A DNA stretch of 64,000 nucleotides from Candidatus Bathyarchaeota archaeon (GCA_963769425.1 CAVYLP010000006.1:288001-352000), one strand, 5' to 3'. Positions 1-10,707 are shown, counted from the stretch's first letter. The notes: generated by a model from the sequence alone, not told the origin. Numbers and translations are program-made.

Positions 1-1717
1 TGGCGTTCTCAGTCAGGCGCGTGGCGAACTTATGCCGCAACGCCCTGGCATCTTTCTCTGGAACGTCCACGTAAAGGACATCTCGCTCTTTTATATGTCT
101 ACCGACGATGGGCGCGGGCATCGAGACGGCTACCTCCTTGCCCTCCTCAGCCTTGCTGACGGCCGCGCCCTGGTCCTGAATCTGGGTCAGGCGCCCCAGC
201 CCCTCGTTCTCCCTGTTGACCATGATGGAGTTGGGGATGAGAACGCCTGCCTCGACTCGAACGCCGAAGATGGCTGGCTTCGCTCGGCGGAAGATGTAGC
301 CTTCGAGTATCTGGATCTTAGCGGGCTGGACGAGGGTCTCGAACTCCTTGCGTGCCTTCGCCTCGCGCTCCCCCTCCATCCAGTTGACATAGTCCTCCAT
401 CAGGTTGTAGATTATGTCGTTTTGGAAGATCTTGATGCGCTGCTCCTCGGCCTCGGCCGCGGCGTCGGGGGGGAGCTTCACATTGAAGGCGAGGATGGCG
501 CCGTAGAGGGGCTCCTCGTATCGGACGGACGCGGACTCCATGACGTCCCGGTGGCTTATGTCGCCGATGTCGGCGAGGCGGATTGGGATGTCCCTCGCCC
601 TTAGGCTCTCTACGAGCGCCTCCAGGCTACCGAGGGTGTCGGTCTTCACTATGATGCCCGTCTTATCCGTCTGGACCTTGACGCTCTCCATCTCCCTCCT
701 GATGTCGGCGAAAGCCTGCTCCTGAGTCATGCCTTCTCCGACGACGATGAGGGGGGAACCTGGCAGCGCGTCCTCGATGTTGGGGGCTGATATCTTGATG
801 CCGGCCGCGGCGGGGACCTCGGTGATTGTCGTGAACTTCTTCTTGGGGTCTCTGATCTCGTCGAGCGGCTGGGGCATGAGGAGGGCGCGAATCTTTGTGG
901 CTATCGGCCCGTTCTTGCCGCCGATGACTATCGTGTCCTCTGCCTTGAGGACACCATCGTAGATTATGGCGTTAAGGGTGTGACCGAGACCGATCTCCTC
1001 GCGGACCTCGAGGACGGTGCCCTGTGCACGCCCCTCGGTGACTGTGAGCTTGTCCTGCATATACTGCTGAGTGAGGCCGATGAGGACCGCGAGCAGCTCG
1101 CCGACTCCCTCACCCGTCTTAGCACTTACGGGCACGATGGCGACGTTCCTCGTGAAGTCGCGTACCCTGTCGAAGCGCTCGGAGCTTATCCCCTCCCTGC
1201 TGAGGACTCCCATCATGTTGTAGAGCCTGTTGTCGAGGTCCTCCTGGACGAGCTGCTGCTGCTCGGCGTATGTCTGTAGGAAGGCGATACCCTCCTTGGG
1301 GCGCCAACCCTCTATACGGTCGATCTTGTTGGCCGCGATGATGAATGGCGTCTTGCGGCTCTTGAGTATGCGTAGGCTCTCGTATGTCTGGTTCTCGAAG
1401 CCGTGCATGACGTCGATGACTAGGATGGCAATGTCAGCGACGCTACCTCCACGGCGGCGCAGGTTTGCGAAGGCCTCGTGGCCGGGGGTGTCGACGACGA
1501 GTAGTCCGGGTATCTGGATGTTGACGTTGAAGCCCTTCACAAGCTTCTGGGTGATGGCGACGAGGGTCTCGAGTGGGAAGTAACTGGCGCCTATCTGCTG
1601 GGTCATGCCACCTGCCTCGCGAAGCTGGACGGCCGTTCCCCTTATCTTGTCAAGTAGGCTCGTCTTCCCAGTGTCGACGTGGCCGAGCATGCAGACTATG
1701 GGTTGGCGGATCGGCAT
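1..1717 (-). CDS. infB: Translation initiation factor aIF5B (IF-2); 3' end runs off the window
   Basis: Manual minus-strand translation from ATG at 1717 gives MPIRQPIVCMLGHVDTGKT (G1), then DTPGHEAF (G3) and NKID (G4). Absent from the ORF track because it is truncated. Confidence 0.95.
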   Translation of the reverse strand, partial: MPIRQPIVCMLGHVDTGKTSLLDKIRGTAVQLREAGGMTQQIGASYFPLETLVAITQKLVKGFNVNIQIPGLLVVDTPGHEAFANLRRRGGSVADIAILVIDVMHGFENQTYESLRILKSRKTPFIIAANKIDRIEGWRPKEGIAFLQTYAEQQQLVQEDLDNRLYNMMGVLSREGISSERFDRVRDFTRNVAIVPVSAKTGEGVGELLAVLIGLTQQYMQDKLTVTEGRAQGTVLEVREEIGLGHTLNAIIYDGVLKAEDTIVIGGKNGPIATKIRALLMPQPLDEIRDPKKKFTTITEVPAAAGIKISAPNIEDALPGSPLIVVGEGMTQEQAFADIRREMESVKVQTDKTGIIVKTDTLGSLEALVESLRARDIPIRLADIGDISHRDVMESASVRYEEPLYGAILAFNVKLPPDAAAEAEEQRIKIFQNDIIYNLMEDYVNWMEGEREAKARKEFETLVQPAKIQILEGYIFRRAKPAIFGVRVEAGVLIPNSIMVNRENEGLGRLTQIQDQGAAVSKAEEGKEVAVSMPAPIVGRHIKERDVLYVDVPEKDARALRHKFATRLTENA

Positions 1718-1784
1718 AACAAGCTCCCGTCTAATTTCGCCTGTGGCTTTGCCTATTAACCTATCTGAGTTTAAAAAATGTGGG

Positions 1785-3968
1785 CTACGCGACCTTCATC
1801 GGTGAGGGGGGCGGGGTCTTCCCGAACATCGCCGACTGGAGGCTCGTGGGCTTCACCTTCTCGAAGGCCGCCTCGAAGTGGCGTGAGTAGACCTTCAGCT
1901 CCTCCTTGTGTTTCTTCGCGTCATCAGGGTTCGGGTGGGCCGCGAGGTGGTCGTTTATCGCGGCTATGCTCGCCGCGCTGCAGACCGCCGCTAGCTCGGC
2001 GCCGGTGTACATCTCCGTCTCCTCCGCGAGCCTGTCCACGCTCACATCCTCCGCGAGGGGCATCCCTTTTGTATGTATTCGGAGAATGGCCTTCCGAGCC
2101 TCCATGTCGGGGGGCGGGATGAAGAGCATCCTGTCGAAACGCCCGGGGCGGAGGAGGGCGGGGTCAACCATGTCGGGGCGGTTCGTCGCTCCCAACACAG
2201 TCACGTCCTTCAACTCCTGCAGACCGTCGAGTTCGGTGAGTATCTGGCTCACCATCCTCTCGGTGACACCGGAGTCGCCGAGGCTGCTACCCCTACCTGG
2301 GGCCATTGCGTCTATCTCGTCGAAGAAGATTATGCAGGGGGCCGCGGTGCGTGCTTTCCTGAATATCTCTCTCACACCCTTCTCCGACTCGCCGACCCAC
2401 TTGCTGATGAGCTCGGGGCCCTTAACGCTGATGAAGTTGACGCCACTTTCGGTAGCGACTGCCTTCGCGATGAGGGTCTTGCCCGTGCCTGGTGGGCCAT
2501 AGAGGAGTATCCCCTTCGGGGGCGTCGCGGCTGCGTGCTCGAAGAGCTCCCTGTACATGAGAGGCCACTCCACAGCCTCCCGCAGCTCGTCCTTCGCTTC
2601 CTGTAGGCCGCCAACGTCATCCCAGTGGACGTTTGGGCTCTCGACGAGCACCTCGCGCAGGCTGCTAGGGTGGACCTCGTGCATGGCATCTTCGAAGTCC
2701 TGCATGGTCACGATTATCTTGTTTAGTAGCTCGGCGGGTATGCTCGCCAGGCTGAGGTCGATCTCGGGGAGTATGCGGCGGAGGCTGCTCATGGCTGCCT
2801 CCTTGCTGACTGCCTCTAGGTCGGCTCCGACGAAGCCGTGTGTCCTGTCCGCTATAGCGTCGAGCTTAACGTCCTTCGCGAGGGGCATACCGCGGGTGTG
2901 TATCTGCAATATCTGGAGTCGCCCGTTGCGGTCGGGGAGCCCGATCTCGATCTCCCTGTCGAACCTGCCGGGACGGCGCAGGGCTGGGTCTAGTGCATTC
3001 GGGCGGTTCGTGGCTCCGATGACGACGACCTTGCCCCTCCCTTCTAAGCCATCCATGATAGTTAACAGCTGGGAGACGACGCGCTTCTCCACCTCGCCGC
3101 TGACCTCCTCTCTCTTCGGGGCGATGCTGTCAATCTCGTCGATGAAGATGATGCTGGGGGCGTTCTCCTGTGCTTCCTTGAAGACCTCGCGAAGCCTCTC
3201 CTCTGACTCGCCGTAGAACTTGCTCATAATCTCGGGTCCGCCGATGCTGTAGAAGTTGGCTTGGGTCTCGTTGGCGACCGCTTTCGCGAGCAAGGTTTTA
3301 CCTGTGCCCGGTGGTCCGTGTAGGAGCACGCCCTTTGGAGCCTCGACACCGAGGCGCTCGAATATCTCCGGGTGCTTCAGCGGGAGTTCTATCATCTCCC
3401 TGACTTTAGATATCTCCCTGTTCAGGCCGCCTATGTCCTCGTAGCTGATCTTGGGGACGCTGCCTTGTGTCTTCGGGGCTTTGTCGGTAAATTCTATCTC
3501 GGTGTCGCCGTCGACCACAACGGCGTCCGCCTGCGGCTGCGCGGAGGTGACGATTAGGTCGACGCGTCTCCCCATGATGTTCAGGGGGATGATGCTGCCC
3601 TTCGAGACGACGCGTCCCTCTAGTAGCTGGGCTAGGTAGCCCTCGCCTCCCTCGATCCTCAGGGGCTCGGTTGGGTAAAGGGTGAGCTTCTCAGCCGATT
3701 TCGCCTCAACGCGACGAACGGTTACGCGGTCGTCCAGACTGACCCCCGCGTCGTTGCGTAGGTTGCCGTCTATCCTGATTATGCCCTTCCCGTAGTCGTT
3801 CATCTGGCCAGGCCAGATTAGGGCGTACGCCTTCTTCTTGCCAGTTATCTCTATGACCTCGCCGGCGCGCCAGTCGAACCTGTTGACGAGCTCGGGGTCT
3901 ACGACGGCTATGCCTCTGCCCGCGACGTTCTGCGGTGCCTCGGATACTCTAAGTGTGATGTTCTCCAT
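1785..3968 (-). CDS. cdc48: CDC48/VCP family AAA+ ATPase
   Basis: N-domain plus two AAA modules (GPPGTGKT twice, [23 protein letters not shown]). Confidence 0.97.
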   Translation of the reverse strand: MENITLRVSEAPQNVAGRGIAVVDPELVNRFDWRAGEVIEITGKKKAYALIWPGQMNDYGKGIIRIDGNLRNDAGVSLDDRVTVRRVEAKSAEKLTLYPTEPLRIEGGEGYLAQLLEGRVVSKGSIIPLNIMGRRVDLIVTSAQPQADAVVVDGDTEIEFTDKAPKTQGSVPKISYEDIGGLNREISKVREMIELPLKHPEIFERLGVEAPKGVLLHGPPGTGKTLLAKAVANETQANFYSIGGPEIMSKFYGESEERLREVFKEAQENAPSIIFIDEIDSIAPKREEVSGEVEKRVVSQLLTIMDGLEGRGKVVVIGATNRPNALDPALRRPGRFDREIEIGLPDRNGRLQILQIHTRGMPLAKDVKLDAIADRTHGFVGADLEAVSKEAAMSSLRRILPEIDLSLASIPAELLNKIIVTMQDFEDAMHEVHPSSLREVLVESPNVHWDDVGGLQEAKDELREAVEWPLMYRELFEHAAATPPKGILLYGPPGTGKTLIAKAVATESGVNFISVKGPELISKWVGESEKGVREIFRKARTAAPCIIFFDEIDAMAPGRGSSLGDSGVTERMVSQILTELDGLQELKDVTVLGATNRPDMVDPALLRPGRFDRMLFIPPPDMEARKAILRIHTKGMPLAEDVSVDRLAEETEMYTGAELAAVCSAASIAAINDHLAAHPNPDDAKKHKEELKVYSRHFEAAFEKVKPTSLQSAMFGKTPPPSPMKVA

Positions 3969-4003
3969 ATTTATTCCTCCTCGAAAATCGTTAAAAAACA
4001 GGT

Positions 4004-4519
4004 CTACTTGACCTGAACGTTGACGCCCCTCGGGGACTCTGGGCCCTTCTTCTTGAAGATGACCTGTAGTATCCCGTTTGTGTAGCTGGCGTCGGCGGTG
4101 TCGGGGTCGACCTGTACACCGAGGGGTACCTCGGCGCTGTAGGGCTTCCCCGAGTTGTTGGCGGTTATTGTCACGTTCTCCTCGGTGGCGCTGACCTTGA
4201 TGCTCGACTTGTCCGCGCCGGGCATCTCGGCGACCACCTTCACGGTCCCCTCCTTCTCGTCGACTGAGACGTCTACGAGGGGCTCGCGGACGCCCAGCTG
4301 CAGGTGGCCTCCCCTCGGCTTGACGTTGCCGAACTCCTTCACGTGCGGCTTACCGTCTGGGCCGATGTTGACCTGGTATCCGTAGTACCACGTCCTCGCG
4401 TCGGGGTCTTTCTGCATCTCGTCCCACATCTTGCTCATGTTCTCGTCGATTCCCCAAAAGTCCCTGAGGATGTCGTCCCAGGGGGCTCCGAAGGGGCTTC
4501 TCCTGCTTCTCCACGTCAT
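4004..4519 (-). CDS. hsp20: Small heat shock protein Hsp20
   Basis: Archaeal Hsp20 signature [35 protein letters not shown]. Likely start is ATG 4519; the gene lies directly upstream of cdc48. Confidence 0.93.
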   Translation of the reverse strand: MTWRSRRSPFGAPWDDILRDFWGIDENMSKMWDEMQKDPDARTWYYGYQVNIGPDGKPHVKEFGNVKPRGGHLQLGVREPLVDVSVDEKEGTVKVVAEMPGADKSSIKVSATEENVTITANNSGKPYSAEVPLGVQVDPDTADASYTNGILQVIFKKKGPESPRGVNVQVK

Positions 4520-4572
4520 ATTTTTCACTGCCCAGGTGTATGTATGGCCCCCTAATAAATATTGTGGCATTT

Positions 4573-4588
4573 TGTCATATGTTTGACA
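4573..4588. promoter_or_regulatory. Palindrome TGTCA-N6-TGACA, candidate operator in the divergent hsp20-cdc48 / ACT-gene promoter region
   Basis: Perfect inverted repeat in an AT-rich intergenic region. Extra half-sites TGTCA at 4611 and TGACA at 4641. Confidence 0.45.
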
Positions 4589-4650
4589 TAAGGTAATGTT
4601 TTAAAGGGGGTGTCATAAGGGTTAAATCGCCAACTACGTGTGACAGACAC

Positions 4651-5304
4651 ATGTCGGGGCACTCCAGCGTTCAGGACGTCGTGCGGGTGATCGTTACCCG
4701 CAACCCGTACCTCTACCGCGGGCTGAGGATGAGGGTTGTCAACTACAGCGCCCTCGCCCGCTACATCCAGGAAGAGGTGCAGAGCACCTTCGGCGACGAC
4801 GTCGACGCCAACACCATAGTCACCGCCATCATGAGGCTGAGCAACCAGCTCATGGAGCCGGAGGAGCCAAGGAGCCCACTTGCGGGGAGCATGATTAACC
4901 TCGTCACTGGCATATCGGAGGTGCTCATTAAGGCCCCACCGGTGAGGCATACAGAGATCGTTGAGCGGATCATGAAACTGGGCGTCTTCGACAGCTACAT
5001 GTTGAGCCTCCACCAGACTCAAGGGGGGATTAGGCTGTTCACAAACTCCCCTGACGCGGAGAGAGTCTCGGAAGAGTTGAGGAACGAGGGGGTCGAGGTT
5101 AGTGGCGGTTTCGCGGAGCTGCACCTCAGGATGCCCCCCTCCATGGACGGCGTCGAGGGCGTACTCACCATGATCATCGACGTCCTCTCCCAGAACGGGG
5201 TTCACGCGATTGACGCGAGCCTCTCAGGGGAGGATCTGAGCCTGATACTCAGGGAAGATGACGCGGGCAGGGCCTTCGAGTCACTGAGGGCACTGTCGAA
5301 GTAG
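4651..5304 (+). CDS. Conserved archaeal ACT-domain-containing protein
   Basis: N-terminal NPYL...VNYSALARYI motif and a C-terminal ACT-like fold pattern (GVLTMIIDVLSQNGV). Confidence 0.7.
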   Translation: MSGHSSVQDVVRVIVTRNPYLYRGLRMRVVNYSALARYIQEEVQSTFGDDVDANTIVTAIMRLSNQLMEPEEPRSPLAGSMINLVTGISEVLIKAPPVRHTEIVERIMKLGVFDSYMLSLHQTQGGIRLFTNSPDAERVSEELRNEGVEVSGGFAELHLRMPPSMDGVEGVLTMIIDVLSQNGVHAIDASLSGEDLSLILREDDAGRAFESLRALSK

Positions 5305-5308
5305 TCGG

Positions 5309-6550
5309 TTAGGTCGCCTCGGGCTTCTGCTGGCGCCTCGATATGAATATTATTGCTATAATACCGATGGAGGAGACGACAGCGACGGTCTCGAACGTTG
5401 CTTGGAGTCCCCAGATTTGCGCGATCGCCCCGAGGATGAGGGGGCTCAGCACGTTGCTCACGTTCCCGAAGCTTGAGTAGACACCCATAGCAGCGCCCCG
5501 ATGCTCGGGCGACGCCTCCTGGGCTACGTAGACGTTCCCAGAGGTCAGGAAGACCCCGTAGACTATCCCGAGGAGGGCGAGGATTGAGATGAGGGCAGCG
5601 AGGGTGGTGGAGGCGGCGAGGACGAAGTAGAGGAGGGCGGAGAGGGCGAGACTCAGTGTCATGAGTCTAAGGGCGGTCCTCCCTCGTGACACTGCGCCGG
5701 CGGGGAACCTGATCGCGGTTGACACGAGTCCACGAACCGTGAAGCTGAGCCCGATATCCGAGGAGTTGAGGCCGACGAAGACACCGTAGAGGGGGTAGAA
5801 CGTCATGAGGGCCGAGTACATGAGTGTATTAACGAAGTTTGAGACGCCTGCGGCTAGGACGCGGGTGTCGCTGATCGCTTCCCGTAGGCTAATTCCGTGG
5901 GTCTCAAGCGCCCTCCTGGCTGGCTCCTTCCCGGAAAAGACAAGACAGATGAGGCCCACGAAACCGAGGAGGCTACTTATAGCGAAGGCAGCGTAGTAGC
6001 CCCAGCTAGTGGAGGCGAAGCCCCCGAGGATGGGGCCGAGGGTGAAGCCTGAGCCCATCGTCGTCATATAGAGCCCCTGCAGGAGTGAGCGCCTCTTCGC
6101 CGGGGCAGCCTCAGAGACCCAGATGAAGCCTATGCTGAACGTTGACCCTTGGGCGATGCCGAGTAGAAGGCGCGCGGCGAGGAGGTGTATTGGCGCCCGG
6201 GATATGGTGTAGATGAGTGGCACGGCGATGAATAGAACGTAGCCGAGGGCCATCACGCCGCGGCGCCCGATCCTGTCGGAAATGCTTCCTATCGGCACGC
6301 TGAGGAGGACCATGGCGACGCCGACGGCTGAGCCGTAAACTCCGATCATGGCGAGGTTGGCGCCGAGCCCTTCCGCGAAGGCGGGGAAGATTGGGATCAC
6401 GACGCTGTGGCTTGCGTCCGCGAAGAAGATGGCCACGCAGACGACGACGGCCCCCCAGAAGCTGCGCCTCTCCCCGGGGGACAGATCCGAGAGCATTCTC
6501 CTGAATGGTTGGGGATGGAGTTTAGAAGCCTTACCCCCGAGCCGAGACAT
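5309..6550 (-). CDS. MFS transporter
   Basis: About 12 hydrophobic segments; motif A GSISDRIGRR. Confidence 0.9.
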   Translation of the reverse strand: MSRLGGKASKLHPQPFRRMLSDLSPGERRSFWGAVVVCVAIFFADASHSVVIPIFPAFAEGLGANLAMIGVYGSAVGVAMVLLSVPIGSISDRIGRRGVMALGYVLFIAVPLIYTISRAPIHLLAARLLLGIAQGSTFSIGFIWVSEAAPAKRRSLLQGLYMTTMGSGFTLGPILGGFASTSWGYYAAFAISSLLGFVGLICLVFSGKEPARRALETHGISLREAISDTRVLAAGVSNFVNTLMYSALMTFYPLYGVFVGLNSSDIGLSFTVRGLVSTAIRFPAGAVSRGRTALRLMTLSLALSALLYFVLAASTTLAALISILALLGIVYGVFLTSGNVYVAQEASPEHRGAAMGVYSSFGNVSNVLSPLILGAIAQIWGLQATFETVAVVSSIGIIAIIFISRRQQKPEAT

Positions 6551-6769
6551 TCAAATCGATCGGGGAGTTTTCAAGTTAACTCACATTCTCAGAGCTCTGG
6601 TTAAGGATGTCGAGGACACTCAACGTCTTGCCATTGAATATGTTCGTCATTTCCTGGCATCAAACTTCTCAAGGTATGGTTCGACTAGACGGAAGCACCC
6701 ACGCGGTGGAGAAGTAACATACCAATAAAACGTGGATACCCGTAACTCGGTTTTTATCATGTCTGAGGG

Positions 6770-7669
6770 TCAGGTCGATCTCTGTAGGAAGGGTTCGAGC
6801 CCCGACTGACTCATAGCACCACCCGATGTGAACTCGACGATCCTTCCGAGGAGCGCCGACAAACCTAAAACGTAGAATGCCCCGCTGCTCCTCAGAAGCA
6901 GGGACGGCCCTTTCACCCCAACCACCTCCCCGGCCACCATAAGGTTATCCTCAACCCTGAGGTGGATGGGTCTCTGATTCATCGGCGGGATGTTGTAGTG
7001 AGAAGCTAATATCCAGGGATTTTCGGTAATACGCTGATCCTCGGAGGCTAGGGGATGCACCTTATCTCTTGTTGCTTCAAGCAGGGCCAGGGCCTGCTTC
7101 GTCTTATCTACGCCCCCAGGGACCGTGGTCTTGGCCTCGCCTCGGACAGACTCGGCCACTCCAAGCTGTGTGGAGATCATGTGCTCCAGCCTCCTGACCT
7201 CGGACCCGTTACCGGTGAGGACGCGGAGGGCAGCATCTGCCCCCTGCTCCACCCAGCGAGTTACGAACCTATCCTCACGCGTGACCCCAACTTTTAGTCT
7301 CGCGCCGAACACGGCGAGATAGACGAATGCCTTTGAGCTCATGCACGCTTCACGGACGGACTCCAACGCGGTGCAAGTATCACCCCTGCAGCGGAGGCAA
7401 GGCGTTGCTGTGTCCCTCGCCTGACAAGATGGACACTGTGAGTAACCGTGGGAGAGGGAGGACGTGGGGCAAGGCGTAAGTCTCCTCCACCCGTTCTCGG
7501 TGAGCTTGTGATAGCCGACGCATCGGCGCCCCGGTTGGACCTTAATGCTGAGCTCCGAGCCGCGTGTGAGGGGGAAGTTCATGTAGCCGTGGTCGTGTAG
7601 GAGGAGGTTGCAGGTGTAGAGCCCGTCGCGCTCCTTCCAATCGAGGGCGGAAACGAGGGAGGGACTCAT
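6770..7669 (-). CDS. DUF2797-family protein (Cys-rich, VYLA..KVG motif)
   Basis: CxxC pairs, then VYLAVFGARLKVGVTR...RWVEQGA and GEVVGVKG, the pattern typical of DUF2797. Confidence 0.75.
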   Translation of the reverse strand: MSPSLVSALDWKERDGLYTCNLLLHDHGYMNFPLTRGSELSIKVQPGRRCVGYHKLTENGWRRLTPCPTSSLSHGYSQCPSCQARDTATPCLRCRGDTCTALESVREACMSSKAFVYLAVFGARLKVGVTREDRFVTRWVEQGADAALRVLTGNGSEVRRLEHMISTQLGVAESVRGEAKTTVPGGVDKTKQALALLEATRDKVHPLASEDQRITENPWILASHYNIPPMNQRPIHLRVEDNLMVAGEVVGVKGPSLLLRSSGAFYVLGLSALLGRIVEFTSGGAMSQSGLEPFLQRST

Positions 7670-7730
7670 GAGGATTGACTCAGCAAGCCTGCTAAAGTCT
7701 ATTACGATTGGATAATGCTCGACGAGAGCA

Positions 7731-8723
7731 TCACTTATCGGAGTACCTCTCCCTGAGATAAGACAGGGCGTGCCTCCCGAACTCCGCTATGAACTTCTCC
7801 TCGTCTGGGCTACTGCTCCCGATCTCCACCTCGGTGAAGCCGAGAGCGATGATCCTCTCGATCTTCCCTATGAGTCCGTCCATGTCAGTGTAGACGTTCC
7901 CCGCGAGCTTTCGCGGGTCGACGCCGACCCTTAGCCTGTCGAGCTCCCGCGGGTCCGGTATATCATTGCCGTTGTGGACGGGGAGCCACCTGCTGGTCGA
8001 GGCGAGTGCCTTGTCGTAGTCCTCGTCGTAGGAGGCGCTGACCTCGATCATCCTCGGCATATCCTGTGGGTTTCTCCCACTCTCCTTGACTGCCTCCTCG
8101 AACTGACTGATGATCTTGGGCAGGTGCTCCTCGTCGCTGTTTGTAAGGAGGCCGTCCCCTAACTGACCAGCCAACTTGACAGCCTTGGGGCCGGAGGCCG
8201 CGAAATAGAGTGGTATCTTACCCCTCGGCTTCGTGTAGAGCCTCGCCTGATTCAGCCTGAAGTGTTTCCCATCGTAGTCTACAAAGTTCCCTTCCCAGAG
8301 GGACTTGATTATAGTCACGGCCTCCGCCGTCATCTCAAGCCTCTCCTCGTGGGGAGGCCAGATGACGCCGGGGTTCGCCATTGGCATCTCGTTCATCGCC
8401 TCTCCAGTACCGATGGCGAGGAATATCCTGCCAGGGTAGAGCTCCCCTAGGGTGGCGAAAGCCTGGGCGACGATCGCTGGGTTGTACCTGTGGATGCATG
8501 TGGTGACCCCGGTTCCCAGCCCGACCCTGTCAGTCCTCGCTCCAGCGGCTGACAGCCAGATCCAGGCGTGCCCCGCGTGTCCGTCCCTATGGAACCATGG
8601 GTGGAAGTGGTCGTCTATGCAGATGAAGTCGAATCCCTGCACCTCTGCAAGGGCGGCAAAGTCTAGTAGGCGGCTCGGCTGATACATCTCGTCATCCGCA
8701 TGGTACCCGAATCTGACCGACAT
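7731..8723 (-). CDS. F420-dependent LLM-class oxidoreductase, G6PDH-like family
   Basis: DHFHPW, GTGVTT, RYNPAIVAQAFATL and GTGEAMNE motifs. Confidence 0.9.
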   Translation of the reverse strand: MSVRFGYHADDEMYQPSRLLDFAALAEVQGFDFICIDDHFHPWFHRDGHAGHAWIWLSAAGARTDRVGLGTGVTTCIHRYNPAIVAQAFATLGELYPGRIFLAIGTGEAMNEMPMANPGVIWPPHEERLEMTAEAVTIIKSLWEGNFVDYDGKHFRLNQARLYTKPRGKIPLYFAASGPKAVKLAGQLGDGLLTNSDEEHLPKIISQFEEAVKESGRNPQDMPRMIEVSASYDEDYDKALASTSRWLPVHNGNDIPDPRELDRLRVGVDPRKLAGNVYTDMDGLIGKIERIIALGFTEVEIGSSSPDEEKFIAEFGRHALSYLRERYSDK

Positions 8724-8936
8724 ACTGAATCAACTTAATGCTTTTATCCTAATTTATTAAAGAGAATCACCGGGTTGAACAGTGGCTAGGTAAATCTGGG
8801 ATAATCAAGCGTTCTTGGATGTCAGACTTTCACCGATGCGGCGTCCACACGCGACGCCTAAAGAAAGAACGTGTCCAACAAAGGACTTGATAAATAGTTG
8901 CGCGCGTATCGGAATCAGTATTCAGGGGAACTTTCC

Positions 8937-9941
8937 GTGAAGAAGCTGATCAACAGACCAGGTGATGAAGTTAGAGAGATGCTGGAGGGAATGGTCCTCG
9001 CCTATCCGGGGATCATTAGGAAGATCCCTGAGTGGAACACGCTTGTTAGGCCCGAGGCTCCAATAGTGGGTAAGGTTGCGTTGGTGAGTGGTGGTGGTAG
9101 TGGTCATGAGCCCGCCCACGCGGGTTACGTTGGCATGGGGATGCTGACCGCTGCTTGCTGTGGTGAGGTCTTCACTTCACCGCCTGTCCCCCAGATCCTC
9201 GCCGCGATAAAGGCCGTTGAGGGGGGTGTGGGTACGCTTCTGATAATAAAGAATTACTCGGGGGATGTGATGAACTTCAGGGCAGCCGCGCAGATTGCGC
9301 GGAGCAGTGGGGTAAGAATCGACTGGGTCATCGTCAACGACGACGTGGCTATCGATAAGCCAGAGCTACGTAGGGGTATCGCGGGGACAGTCTGCGTTCA
9401 AAAGTGTGCCGGGGCGAGGGCTGAGGAGGGCGCAACGCTTGATGAGGTAAAAGCAGTTGCTCAGAAGGTCATCGCTAACGTAAGATCCATGGGCTGTGCC
9501 ATCACTCCATGCATTGTGCCTAGGGCGGGAATATCAAGCTTCGACCTTGGGTCGGACGAGATGGAACTGGGGACAGGGATACACGGCGAACGCGGCGTGA
9601 AACGAGTAAAGATGATGACCGCTGACGATGTCGCCGACACCCTAACGAATGCCTGCGCCAAGGACTTGGGTCTGCAGTCAGGTGACGAGGTTGCAGTCCT
9701 CGCTCAAGGAAACGGGGGGACTCCTTACATGGAGAAGCTCATCTTCTACAGGCGGGTTCACAAGAACCTGATCGAGAAGGGAGTCAAGATCCAAACGTCT
9801 TGGATAGGCGAGTTCATGTCGTCACTTGAGATGGCTGGAGTCTCAGTCACCCTCCTTAAGTTGGACGACGAGCTGAAGAGACTCCTAGCGGCGCCGTCGG
9901 AGACGATGGCTATCAAACAGCCCGGCCCGATATTATTTTAA
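8937..9941 (+). CDS. dhaK: Dihydroxyacetone kinase subunit K
   Basis: KKLIN, SGGGSGHEPAHAGYVG, KNYSGD and GIHGE motifs. Probable GTG start at 8937. Confidence 0.93.
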   Translation: MKKLINRPGDEVREMLEGMVLAYPGIIRKIPEWNTLVRPEAPIVGKVALVSGGGSGHEPAHAGYVGMGMLTAACCGEVFTSPPVPQILAAIKAVEGGVGTLLIIKNYSGDVMNFRAAAQIARSSGVRIDWVIVNDDVAIDKPELRRGIAGTVCVQKCAGARAEEGATLDEVKAVAQKVIANVRSMGCAITPCIVPRAGISSFDLGSDEMELGTGIHGERGVKRVKMMTADDVADTLTNACAKDLGLQSGDEVAVLAQGNGGTPYMEKLIFYRRVHKNLIEKGVKIQTSWIGEFMSSLEMAGVSVTLLKLDDELKRLLAAPSETMAIKQPGPILF

Positions 9942-9990
9942 ACCCTAACCCTTTCCTCTCGATGTGACAACGAGATCCTAGTGATGGACA

Positions 9991-10707
9991 TTGCCAGCGG
10001 AAAAGATCGATTCACCCATGCTTATCCGGATGATGAATAACATCCTCGGGGTGATGACGACGAACGAAGACTATTTGACCCGCCTCGACGCCGAGATTGG
10101 GGACGCGGACCACGGCATAAACATGGTCAGGGGATTCACGCTTGTGCACGAAAGGCTTGCGAGCCTCGTCGACCCGGATGTGGAAACGGTCCTCACCACG
10201 GTCGGGATGGCGCTGATGGAGGGGGCAGGTGGCTCAGCCGGAGCGCTTTACGGGACGTTCTTCGCCCAGGGGGGCCAATCTTTGCATGGGCTAAAGGGGA
10301 TGGATAAGAGGGCTCTCGCCCTCCTGTTCTCCTCCGGGTACGCCTCCTTGCAGGAGATGAGCGGCGGGACCAAGCCAGGTGAGAAGACGATGATCGACGC
10401 ACTTGACCCCGCGGTGAGATCGTTGAACGAATCGGCGGGGGACGATCGAGTTACACTCGGGGAAGCCCTCGATATGGCCGTCAGCGCAGCGAGGAGGGGG
10501 ATGCAGAGCACCATTGGGCTCGTGGCGACGAAGGGGAGAGCCGCTTACCTGGGTGAGAGGAGCGTCAACCACCAGGACATCGGCGCGACGACAACGTATC
10601 TCATGCTTCGGACTATGGATGATACCTTCAATGGAAGACCAGGTGTTAGGGTAACGAAGTATGGCACGAATGGGATGATTCTCGAAGAGGAAAATCTTCT
10701 GCATTAG
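9991..10707 (+). CDS. dhaL: Dihydroxyacetone kinase subunit L
   Basis: LDAEIGDADHG, GGSAGALYG, GEKTMIDAL and KGRAAYLGERS motifs. Confidence 0.92.
   Translation: MPAEKIDSPMLIRMMNNILGVMTTNEDYLTRLDAEIGDADHGINMVRGFTLVHERLASLVDPDVETVLTTVGMALMEGAGGSAGALYGTFFAQGGQSLHGLKGMDKRALALLFSSGYASLQEMSGGTKPGEKTMIDALDPAVRSLNESAGDDRVTLGEALDMAVSAARRGMQSTIGLVATKGRAAYLGERSVNHQDIGATTTYLMLRTMDDTFNGRPGVRVTKYGTNGMILEEENLLH

Noticed and set aside
32-1805. Plus-strand ORFs opposite infB, and similar antisense ORFs throughout the window
   Set aside because: They are antisense shadows of real genes, expected from GC-rich third codon positions.
6597-6728. Protein-like fragment VKDVEDTQRLAIEYVRHF
   Set aside because: It is too short, lacks a clear start and has no recognisable motif; it may be a gene remnant but cannot be supported.
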